Below are positions 29,201 through 38,285 of a stretch of DNA of 64,000 bases, in pieces (position 1 is the first letter of the stretch; the number at the start of each line of letters is the position of its first letter). A program made the translations under genes and the position numbers. Under the pieces are notes generated by a model. The model had not been told where the DNA came from. It was given only the letters and a program-made list of their open reading frames with translations, and ran no database searches. Source of the stretch: Myxococcota bacterium (GTDB taxonomy: Bacteria > Myxococcota_A > Polyangia > Polyangiales > Houyiibacteriaceae); the NCBI GenBank assembly GCA_039030515.1, contig JBCCEA010000009.1:32001-96000 (forward strand), written 5' to 3'.

Positions 29201-31219
29201 GTCACCAGGGATATTGCTCTTGCGACCCGACTCTTGGTGCGCGCAAGTGAGCTTCGCGGTGCAGATGACAGTTCTGCGGCAAGGGACTTGGAAATGGCCC
29301 TCGAAATGGATCCAAACCAGGCAGCGATTGCCCCAAAACTAATTCGGCTTCTGCAAAAACTCGATCGCCACACGCATCTTATAGAGAATTTGGTTCGAGC
29401 AGCGCAAAACGCCTCCAACGCCACTGCGGCCGCCACACTGTACACCCGCGTCGCTAGGCTGCATGCGGAGCAACAAGATCCTCTGGCGGCGATCGCAGCC
29501 ATCAAGCGGGGACTGGCTCGAGACAGCGTCTTTGTTCCCGCGCTTTCGCTTCTCGCAAATCTACTTGAATCCCAGAGGCACTGGAACGAAACCGCTAACG
29601 TCCTCAACCGGATCATCGAATGCTCTTCTGATGCAGATACCGTCGTTGAAGCCAACCTGAGGTTGGCGAAAATCGCCAGCAAACATCTGCAAGACACGCA
29701 GCGCTCGCTTGTCGCCCTGCATGCGATACTGGCAACTAGGCCGAAGGATGTGCGGGCACTCGAAGAACTGGCCAAACTCGAAGCCAGACGCGGCAACACC
29801 GATCGCGCGATCGAGCTCATCCGCAGTCTGATTCCTCAGAGCCCAAACAAACGAACGCGCGCCCGCTACCTACTCTTGCTGGCCGGGTTCCAGCGTATCC
29901 AGGAAGATGTCGTCGAGGAGGGCAAAACTCTCGCCTCTGCCATCACCCTCACGGGCGCCTCGGGACCGGCGTCGAGTCGATTTAGGGAGCTGGCCATGCG
30001 CGGCAGCGCTCACTGGGACAGCATGGTCACGGCACTTCGGCGATTTATCGAGCGCGAGGAGACAGAAACCGAGAGGGCCGAGGCATACCTCGAGATCGCG
30101 AAAATCGAGTCTCAGCCTCTAAACCGACCAGACAGAGCGATCGCTACCCTCCGGAAGGGGAGAGACGAGCTGGCTCAGACTCCGCACATCCGAATCATGC
30201 TCTCGGAACTGCTCGGCAGCATCGGTTCGCTGGACGAGGCGCTTCGGGAGGCTCGAAAACTTACTCGGGAGCATGTCGATCGGAAAGACGCCTGGCTCCG
30301 ACTGAGCGAAGCCTTTGCTGCCAAGGGGGAGGCGGATGAAGCGAGGCGCGCCAAACTACCGCTTCTGATGATGAATCAAGTCAGTCCTCAAGAAGCCAAA
30401 GTACTGAGCGCACTCAAGACCCGTCCAGCCAGCGCTCCTCCTGGTTTGCTTGGCGACGCAGGGTTTCAAGAAATTCAGGTGGCCAATTGCCTGTCCCATC
30501 CGGCGAGCGCTCTGGTCGCTTCACTCTACGAAACCTTTGCCAAGCTTTATCCGGTCGATCTGGGGAAGTTCGGACTGGGCAAACGCGACCGTATCCCTCC
30601 AAAATCGCAAGAGCTACTTCGGGTGGCGACCGCACGGGTTGCGATGATCTTGGGAGTGCCTGACTTCGATCTCTATCAACATGATGCTTCTGCGCACGAC
30701 ATCAGTGTAGAACTCGGCCAGGTGCCGTCGCTTTTTATACCGAGATGGATCGGGGATCTACCGCGGGGAGAACTCATATTCATGCTTGCTCGCCCCATCG
30801 CACTCATGGCCAGAAATTTAGCCCCAATCGCTCGGATTCCGCTCGATCACCTCGTACTCACCTGCGTGGGCGCGGTCCGTCAGGTGGCGCCAGGGTTTGG
30901 CGAGGGAACAGCCCCCGACGAGGAACTCGATCATTACACTCGAGAAGTGCAAAAAGCAACGCCAAGGCGCGCTCGCAAAGAGCTGGAGAGTGCAGCCTTA
31001 CTTTTTGCGAATGCGCCGTGTGACCTTCACGCATGGGTCCATGCCGCGCAGGCTACCGCTGTCCGAGCCGCCCTACTCATTTCCGATGATTTGATAGGAG
31101 CCGCACGATGCGCCGGTAGACTCGACGAACGCGGGCCTGGAGAGGGCGGCCTTACCGATGAACTGCTGCGATTTTGGGGCTCGGAGGCCGCCAGCCGGTT
31201 TCGGTCTGCTATTTTGTGA
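26243..31219 (+). CDS. Giant tetratricopeptide-repeat protein (myxobacterial AgmK-like class)
   Basis: About 1650 aa of TPR-like helical repeats (AxxxYxxALxxxP); start could be ATG 26243 or further upstream. Confidence 0.88.
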   Translation: MHSNSVRPPPPPPQVVRSKKKLETRARTTVEHDEATILGGPKELLSLCETELASGPSDLRAARLHYEIAWFYETQTKEVSRATEHYLAATERDPESIRSLQGARRCLQALGRFPEAASTLVQEIELTRNACDRARLFYEHGRLLEDNIDAPEDAKQAYLKGLMFEPSNENLLKAVESWQRRFGEWAALEKTYERMDTVLDGDPKHQAALLAERARIAEHDAKDPTRAAELYEAALELNPDVSGAFIALRRLHHASGRWRDLVRLLDREVRVCDLPENRTAIMLEQSRYLEEKLGDLSRAVNSAERARVESPSHLGALRRLTTLYAKLGRHSDLVGILEELTTHRIPEAKTSLPLQIARTYEGPLSDTSKARTWYETALQHNPGLQAATAALSSIYRNSKSWTALIDMESAIVNSDSATVLERARSHASIAGVSEFELNRKDEAIEHHRSAVALFPGFEPSFSALCRLLATSAQFRALIELYEQEIDRSEGSENRISYLFRIGLLYEDRLNDPNAASHCYARVLRIKQDHRGAMQSMARSSASAQDWQTHVKALDLEAAIEEQITRKVRLETRAAEVTYEKLNDVHGALGRLVAIRRAAPKDELVLNLLGTLLYETGRWRDFVEVRGAQRELVEPGEAWVKLSLEMAAASEQLAENERALELYLEALTVSPTNTEGLRCTARLLEAKGAFEQLAKVFEQQRNVTTAECGRVELSLQLGRIWEEHLSDKKTALYWYGKALEDEPTSREALGAQARVLATEGTRNKLASSLIEQSKRTEEQTLAHDASLAAGHVLVSEIGAKDRAIQCFRGMLSKTPNHIGALIALEGLYLAKQSPEDLVEIYRTQYEALGSEPSKVAVLRQWARYAKQSSNPQSQAEAQRELLKLLPNDREALEASVDFQKQNGDENGAIQSKRALAHTETDPSRLVHHQLELASMLETSDPRGSLAAYQSAIRTDPESLNAVRGLSRLAQILSLPESLREAAQLEAKVTRDIALATRLLVRASELRGADDSSAARDLEMALEMDPNQAAIAPKLIRLLQKLDRHTHLIENLVRAAQNASNATAAATLYTRVARLHAEQQDPLAAIAAIKRGLARDSVFVPALSLLANLLESQRHWNETANVLNRIIECSSDADTVVEANLRLAKIASKHLQDTQRSLVALHAILATRPKDVRALEELAKLEARRGNTDRAIELIRSLIPQSPNKRTRARYLLLLAGFQRIQEDVVEEGKTLASAITLTGASGPASSRFRELAMRGSAHWDSMVTALRRFIEREETETERAEAYLEIAKIESQPLNRPDRAIATLRKGRDELAQTPHIRIMLSELLGSIGSLDEALREARKLTREHVDRKDAWLRLSEAFAAKGEADEARRAKLPLLMMNQVSPQEAKVLSALKTRPASAPPGLLGDAGFQEIQVANCLSHPASALVASLYETFAKLYPVDLGKFGLGKRDRIPPKSQELLRVATARVAMILGVPDFDLYQHDASAHDISVELGQVPSLFIPRWIGDLPRGELIFMLARPIALMARNLAPIARIPLDHLVLTCVGAVRQVAPGFGEGTAPDEELDHYTREVQKATPRRARKELESAALLFANAPCDLHAWVHAAQATAVRAALLISDDLIGAARCAGRLDERGPGEGGLTDELLRFWGSEAASRFRSAIL

Positions 31220-31224
31220 GCTTT

Positions 31225-32334
31225 TTACTCGAAGAAAATCCGCTCGCCGAGCTCAGCCTCTGCAGCCGAAAGCATACCCCGACGAACGACCAACCAGGTA
31301 CGCAGCTGACGATCGGTGAGTACATCGTTCAGATCTGAAGCTTCACCCAAATCGACCCGCCGCTTCAGCCCTTCCATCACGGTCCGCAAGCCTATCGATC
31401 CCTGCTCACCAAAAGGCTCGTATTCGGTGCCGCCCGAGGCGCCAAATGCGATTTGAATCCATGTCCGCTGCGCGTCTAGTCGGAGTGTTGAAAGCAACTC
31501 GGGAGTTTGCTCGCCAAATGCAAGTCGTACTTCCTCTTCAAATACCCAACGACGACGCTCGATCACGGCTCCGTACGCGGCGATCAGTTCATTTTTCGGT
31601 AACCATGCCGCAAGTCGGGGGCGGCCCAAATGATTCAAGGCCCCTTGCTCCTCGACGCGCCAATCATCCTTGTACCCGCTTGGCAATCGGAGATCGTTCA
31701 TTTCGCGCCCGAGATGATCCAGCCCTCCTTCATTGAAACTGTGGGCAAGCTCCGTCGCTGACGAAACGACTTTGGGTCCAGCTTCACGACAGGCGATGGC
31801 CACGACGAGCGCTCGATCGAGACGTGCGTCCACCAGGCTCAGTATCTCGAGTTGCGCCTCAAGAGAACGGCGACGGTGTGCTCCATCGCGGCTGTCCTCC
31901 CGCAACCACTCCGCAACCATCTCTATCTGCAGCTTCCAACCACCTCCAGGAGCGCGGCGCATCAGGCCTACCGGCCGAGGTCTTCCCAGGCTTCCATCGA
32001 CCCAACCGTCCGCGCCTCGCCCCCGCACCGGAGGAATCCCAAACTTATGGCGTAACTGTTCGGCATGGCGTTTCAACGCATCCCGAGAAAAAGGGCCAGA
32101 CGCGACATGCGAACTGCGGTGCACGCGAGCGGCCGTAACCGGTGAGTCTTCGAGGAGAGACCGTCGACGATTTCGACCCGCCAGCGCCTCTACGGCCACT
32201 TCATTCACCCGAAACATCTCGATAGGAGGGTCGTCACGAATCGCCTGATACGTGAGCGATCCACAGAGCACAGCCAAACCGACGACGCGGACGGCGGCGG
32301 GCAAGGGCTGCTTCTTTTGCTCGGATTCACTCAC
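31225..32334 (-). CDS. Hypothetical membrane-anchored protein
   Basis: 369-aa ORF with GTG start after an AAAGG stretch and one N-terminal hydrophobic segment. Confidence 0.7.
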   Translation of the reverse strand: MSESEQKKQPLPAAVRVVGLAVLCGSLTYQAIRDDPPIEMFRVNEVAVEALAGRNRRRSLLEDSPVTAARVHRSSHVASGPFSRDALKRHAEQLRHKFGIPPVRGRGADGWVDGSLGRPRPVGLMRRAPGGGWKLQIEMVAEWLREDSRDGAHRRRSLEAQLEILSLVDARLDRALVVAIACREAGPKVVSSATELAHSFNEGGLDHLGREMNDLRLPSGYKDDWRVEEQGALNHLGRPRLAAWLPKNELIAAYGAVIERRRWVFEEEVRLAFGEQTPELLSTLRLDAQRTWIQIAFGASGGTEYEPFGEQGSIGLRTVMEGLKRRVDLGEASDLNDVLTDRQLRTWLVVRRGMLSAAEAELGERIFFE

Positions 32335-32435
32335 CTTTCACCGGTAAAGCTTCGCAATGGTGTCGACGACATGATTTCTTGAATCGGGGAAGCACTCTGG
32401 GCGCCGACGGGACTCTGTGGAGGTTTGGGCAAGCG

Positions 32436-32464
32436 TTGACCACGCCAATTCCCCATGCTAGTCG
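32436..32464 (+). promoter_or_regulatory. Possible housekeeping-sigma promoter of atpD-atpC
   Basis: TTGACC at 32436-32441, 17-bp spacer, weak -10 TAGTCG preceded by TGC. Confidence 0.3.
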
Positions 32465-32493
32465 GTTGCGGCTCAGCCCAAAGAACGATCTGA

Positions 32494-33972
<1,479 letters not shown>

Positions 33973-33973
33973 G

Positions 33974-34393
33974 ATGGTCGCCGCATCCGGCGAACTCACC
34001 CTAGAAGTGGTCACGCCGATGGGAACCGTGGTCAAGACCATCACTTCGAGCGTTCAGGCTCCGAGCGCTTCAGGAGAGTTTGGGGTACTGCCAGGGCATC
34101 GGCCTTTACTCGCTGCGTTGCGATGCGGAGTCTTAAAGTATCAGGATGGCAACCGGCTAGAGCTCGCCGCGATTGGACCGGGGTTTGTAGAGGTTGAGCC
34201 CGAAAAAGTACTGGTCCTTACCGATCGATTTACTCCTCGAAGCGGAGTCGATGTGACCGAAACGCAGCGCAAGTTGGCTGAGGCTGAACAAGCACTGCTG
34301 CATCACGAGGAGATTCACGAGGGAACGACGTATCTCGAGCTGCAACTCGAAATCGACTGGTACAAGGCTCAACTCGATTCGCTCGCAGACTGA
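33974..34393 (+). CDS. atpC: ATP synthase F1 epsilon subunit
   Basis: LEVVTP, GEFGVLPGH, GFVEV; 1 bp after atpD. Confidence 0.95.
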   Translation: MVAASGELTLEVVTPMGTVVKTITSSVQAPSASGEFGVLPGHRPLLAALRCGVLKYQDGNRLELAAIGPGFVEVEPEKVLVLTDRFTPRSGVDVTETQRKLAEAEQALLHHEEIHEGTTYLELQLEIDWYKAQLDSLAD

Positions 34394-34487
34394 TTTGTAC
34401 TGAAACGCGCCATTGTACTGAGTCGCTCGTGCGGGCCGACCTGAGATTCGACTGATGCGCATCGAGAGAGACGGTTGCGGAGGCTGT

Positions 34488-35243
34488 TCACGGCTCTTCG
34501 ACCGAGGAAATTCCGCTCGCATCCGTAAGCGAGAAGTACGCACGCTCTGCGGCTTGCTGTTCGGCCTCGGATTTACTGCGGCCCGTTCCAGAGGCGACCG
34601 TCTGACCTTCAAGCACCAGGGCGATGTGGAATATCCGTTCGTGATCTGGCCCGTCGGTTGACAGCAACTCGTAACGGGGTGTTCCGCGACCGAGACCCTG
34701 AACCAGTTCCTGAACTCTTGACTTGAAATCTGCGGCACCAGGCAGTTTGACCTCGAGGCGGTTGCGAAAAAGATGATTCAACACCTCCGTTGCCACCTGC
34801 ACATCTGCATCGACGAATATCGCCCCGATGAGTGCCTCAAAAGTAGAGGCGAGCAATCTCGGCTTTTGCCTTCCTCCAGATCTCTGCTCTCCCTTACCGA
34901 GGCGAAGCAGTGGTCCCAACTGAATCTCGCTTGCTAAGGCAGCCAGCCCAGCCTCGCACACCAAGTCCGCTCTCCGCCTGGTCAATTCACCCTCGGTAGC
35001 CTCGGGGAAGCGATCGTAAAGGAGCGATGAGATCACCATGGAGAGGATGGCGTCGCCAAGAAACTCGAGACGCTCGTTGTCCGCGGGTGCCTGACGAGGT
35101 CGCTCATTGGCAAACGAGCGATGGGTCAGCGCCTGCGTAAGATGCCGCGAATCTCGAAAGTCGTAGCGCAGATCTCTTTGCAGCTCTGCAAGTGCAAGGT
35201 CCCGCCGAATCGGTTCTGATGACGTCGATGTCTTTTTGGCCAC
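34488..35243 (-). CDS. rnc: Ribonuclease III
   Basis: ALTHRS, NERLEFLGDAIL, FEALIGAIF, dsRBD DFKSRVQE...GRSKSEAEQQAA. Confidence 0.98.
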   Translation of the reverse strand: MAKKTSTSSEPIRRDLALAELQRDLRYDFRDSRHLTQALTHRSFANERPRQAPADNERLEFLGDAILSMVISSLLYDRFPEATEGELTRRRADLVCEAGLAALASEIQLGPLLRLGKGEQRSGGRQKPRLLASTFEALIGAIFVDADVQVATEVLNHLFRNRLEVKLPGAADFKSRVQELVQGLGRGTPRYELLSTDGPDHERIFHIALVLEGQTVASGTGRSKSEAEQQAAERAYFSLTDASGISSVEEP

Positions 35244-35400
35244 GTTTCTTACTCTCTATCCCTGACGCGGAACCGTATTCGATCGCTCTGGGGCTGCCAA
35301 ACCACGATCGCTCTCTGGAAACACGATCCTTCTCTGGGAAAGAGTTCCCTGTATGGAATACGAACCCAGATCAACTCGAACAAAATTCAGGTTCGAGACG

Positions 35401-36834
35401 CTATGCATCTCGAGTCTCGATTCGCTCTGACCCGCTATTTCCACGCAGATAAACGCGAAGACCTCGTGCGTTTGCCGCGTCTATATCAAGCGAAAATCCG
35501 TGCGCCTCGGCTACATCGCGTACGATATGCAAACCAATACCTGTTCCGCTGGGGTGGCGAGCGCGTGCCCGTCGACTTCGAAATCGCCGTTCGGTGAGCC
35601 GTGGCAGGTCCTCGGCATCGATCCCCGCTCCATCATCGCTCACCTCCAATTCGAATCGCCGATCAGAAGCACGCAAGATGACTGCAACGTGTCCATGATC
35701 GTAATTGTATTGAACTGCATTGTGAACCAGGTTGCTTATCGCTTGTTCCAGCAGCGTGACATCACCCTCAACCCAAACCTCATGGTCGGGGATAGCGTAG
35801 TTGACCTCGATACCACGAGGCTCAGCTATCGGGCGATGCCTCTGCACCACACGCTCCACCAGGTCCGCCAGATTCAGGGGGACAGATTGTGGGTGCAGAC
35901 CGAAAGCATCCAGCTTTGCCGCAGCGGAAAGATTGGCCACAAGAGATGCAATGTAGTGAGATTCCTCCACCGCAGCCTGAAGCGAATCGGTAGCAATATT
36001 TGATCTTCGAACTTCTTTTTGGGCCGAATGCAGGTGTCCCTGAAGGACGGTCAGCGGAATCGCTACGTCGTGGGTTGTGTTTGCAAGATAGTCCTTCAGC
36101 GCCTCATCTCGCTTTTCAAGCTCGGCGATCTTTGTCTTCAGGCCTTTTCTTTTCTGCTCGAAAGCCCGTGCCAGCTCGGCAATCTCATCGGTTCCCTCGA
36201 CCGCTACCGGCGTATCGAAGTGTTCGGCGGCGTCGACGCAACGGGTGAGTCTTCGGATGCGGACAACGATGGGCCCCGCTGCTAAAAGCACCGCAAGCGA
36301 CGTCAGTGCGGACATCACGAGCGGAAGCACAAGGAGCGCAGCGCGCGATGGCTCGTGCGCTGGTACGTTGAAGGTCATGATAGCGCAGCTACCCGAGGCG
36401 GGTGAAAGACGCACGGCGATCTGTCTTGCTTTGTATGGAATTCTCGCTGAACCGGCGCGTAGACGTCGCGGAGGATCGTCTTTCGGGGGGCTCCATGTGG
36501 CGGCCCATTCATCTCCCGATGAGAGGGCGCGACGCAACTGCGCGTCAAGGGGAGGCGCGCGAGGATTACGGGATTGGAAGTGAATGTCGTATGCAAATAC
36601 CCGCCGCGGAGGTCTCCACCTGTGACGATGCCGTCTCGGGTAGGAAGCGGGCCAGTGTTCTGCGTTTTGCTCGCAGCGGTTTCTTTCTTCATCGCCCATT
36701 CGATCGAGAAAGTGATTCACCGCGCCTTCATCGAGATGGCTTCGCCTAATGGCTCCGCCGAGCAGCGTGGCGCAAACCACAAGCGGGACGGTGAGGAGCA
36801 AGACGGTGAGTGCGAGTCGCAGTCGGAGCTTCAA
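35401..36834 (-). CDS. HAMP-domain sensor histidine kinase
   Basis: Two TM segments, DEIAELARAF, H-box HDVAIPL, NLVHNAVQY, DDGAGI, GTGIGL; in-frame TTG at 36834 overlaps the regulator stop (TTGA). Confidence 0.92.
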   Translation of the reverse strand: MKLRLRLALTVLLLTVPLVVCATLLGGAIRRSHLDEGAVNHFLDRMGDEERNRCEQNAEHWPASYPRRHRHRWRPPRRVFAYDIHFQSRNPRAPPLDAQLRRALSSGDEWAATWSPPKDDPPRRLRAGSARIPYKARQIAVRLSPASGSCAIMTFNVPAHEPSRAALLVLPLVMSALTSLAVLLAAGPIVVRIRRLTRCVDAAEHFDTPVAVEGTDEIAELARAFEQKRKGLKTKIAELEKRDEALKDYLANTTHDVAIPLTVLQGHLHSAQKEVRRSNIATDSLQAAVEESHYIASLVANLSAAAKLDAFGLHPQSVPLNLADLVERVVQRHRPIAEPRGIEVNYAIPDHEVWVEGDVTLLEQAISNLVHNAVQYNYDHGHVAVILRASDRRFELEVSDDGAGIDAEDLPRLTERRFRSRRARARHPSGTGIGLHIVRDVAEAHGFSLDIDAANARGLRVYLRGNSGSERIETRDA

Positions 36835-37505
36835 TCGTCCGCTCCGGACCGAAAACGGTAACCGATGCCCCAAACAGTCTCGATACGTGATCCCTCCGAG
36901 TTCAGTTTCTTTCGCAGTCGGCTCATGTGCACATCGAGAGAGCGCAGCAATGCTTTACGGTCTGGATCCAACGCTTTGTCGGCCAACATCTCTCGGGTCA
37001 GCGCTTGTCCCTCGCGACGTACCAGCTCGAATAAGATTCGCCACTCAACCACGGTGAGCTCTAAGGCGACGCCTTCCACGTATGCCGTACGCTCGATCGC
37101 GTCGATCCGTATAGCCCCCGAGACGATCTCATCACCGCGAGTCATTCGAGGTCGACGGAGCAGCGCCTTGACTCTCGCAACCAATTCCTCCGGCCAGAAT
37201 GGTTTTCCCTGGTAGTCGTCTGCCCCCAGCGCGAGTCCACGAACGCGATCACTCGTTTCATTGCGGGCACTGAGGATCAAAATGGGAGTGTCGCTATGCT
37301 GCCGGTAGTGTTTCAGAACATCAAGCCCGTAGGTCCCTGGGATCATTAGATCGAGTAGAATCAGGTCAAACTTGTTCGGATCGATCTCGAGCGCCTCATC
37401 GCCCCCTGCACACCGTACGGTGAGCAGATCCGCATCCCGAAGATGTTTTTGAATCTGCTCGCCCAGATGGGTGTCGTCCTCGACGACCAATATGCGCCGA
37501 CCCAT
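36831..37505 (-). CDS. OmpR/PhoB-family response regulator
   Basis: ILVVEDD, LLDLMIPG, GADDYQGKPF, LDVHMSRLRKKL, ETVWGIGYRF; AAGGA RBS. Confidence 0.95.
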   Translation of the reverse strand: MGRRILVVEDDTHLGEQIQKHLRDADLLTVRCAGGDEALEIDPNKFDLILLDLMIPGTYGLDVLKHYRQHSDTPILILSARNETSDRVRGLALGADDYQGKPFWPEELVARVKALLRRPRMTRGDEIVSGAIRIDAIERTAYVEGVALELTVVEWRILFELVRREGQALTREMLADKALDPDRKALLRSLDVHMSRLRKKLNSEGSRIETVWGIGYRFRSGADD

Positions 37506-37579
37506 CGTTTCCTTCTTCCCCAACGGAGTCTTGCAAGACACTACCGCACGATCCGAGCTCTCGGCGTGCCTCACGTACG

Positions 37580-38092
37580 CTATGGGTGCGGGTGACCTAG
37601 TCCGGCGCTTCGGCGCTCTTGTCGATGTCTCTGTCGCAAACGTTCCAGCGCGTCAAAGCGCAATTGCTGAGGCGCTGTGAGGACCCGTCGCACCTGGCTG
37701 GTCGCCGCACTGCGTATCTCCCGAAATCTGGCTCGGAATTCAGGGCGCCTCTCCACAGCTTGCGGACGCTCCTGCCCGGGATTCATCGCGTTCAGCTCGA
37801 CCCGCACCTGCCGAAATATTTGGGCCACCTGGGTTTGCTGGTCCTGACTTAGGTCGAGGATCACCGTCAGCTGCTCTAATCGATGGCGGAACATCATCTC
37901 TGGATCAGGATGGCGATGTGCATGGGCACGGCGTTCCAGACTGCTTTGGTTGGGGAGATCTGACTGTCGTGCCCCTCCATCCTGAGCAGAAGCAAGCAGT
38001 TCAAATGAAAAGAACACCAGCGAAAACGCTAGAAAACTGACTTTTACCAAGTGCACGGAATCTCCTATTCTTTGACCAGGTTCTCTGGCCAA
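37580..38092 (-). CDS. Periplasmic Spy/CpxP-like (LTxxQ) protein
   Basis: Signal peptide; LDLSQDQQ and VLTAPQQ motifs; upstream of an RR-HK pair. Start uncertain. Confidence 0.7.
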   Translation of the reverse strand: MAREPGQRIGDSVHLVKVSFLAFSLVFFSFELLASAQDGGARQSDLPNQSSLERRAHAHRHPDPEMMFRHRLEQLTVILDLSQDQQTQVAQIFRQVRVELNAMNPGQERPQAVERRPEFRARFREIRSAATSQVRRVLTAPQQLRFDALERLRQRHRQERRSAGLGHPHP

Positions 38093-38218
38093 AATCAGAG
38101 TGGCACCGAAGTCTTTCTAAAGTGTGAAGCTCGGAGATAAATTCTTCGAAATTTGGCGAGTAAGCCTTCGAATTCTGAGAGCGTCCCTCGCGAGAACCTC
38201 CATGCACGCCTCTTGTAT

Positions 38219-38247
38219 TTGGATTGCCTGAAGTTGCGATGTATAAT
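38219..38247 (+). promoter_or_regulatory. Sigma70-type promoter candidate for the surface-protein cluster
   Basis: TTGGAT (38219-38224), 17 bp, perfect TATAAT (38242-38247); ATG at 38286. Confidence 0.45.
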
Positions 38248-38285
38248 CTTGGCCTTACTGCAAAACAGCGAGGCGACCCAAACCT

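Noticed and set aside
38101..38120. TGGCAC as a sigma54 promoter
   Set aside because: No GC at the -12 position with the required spacing.
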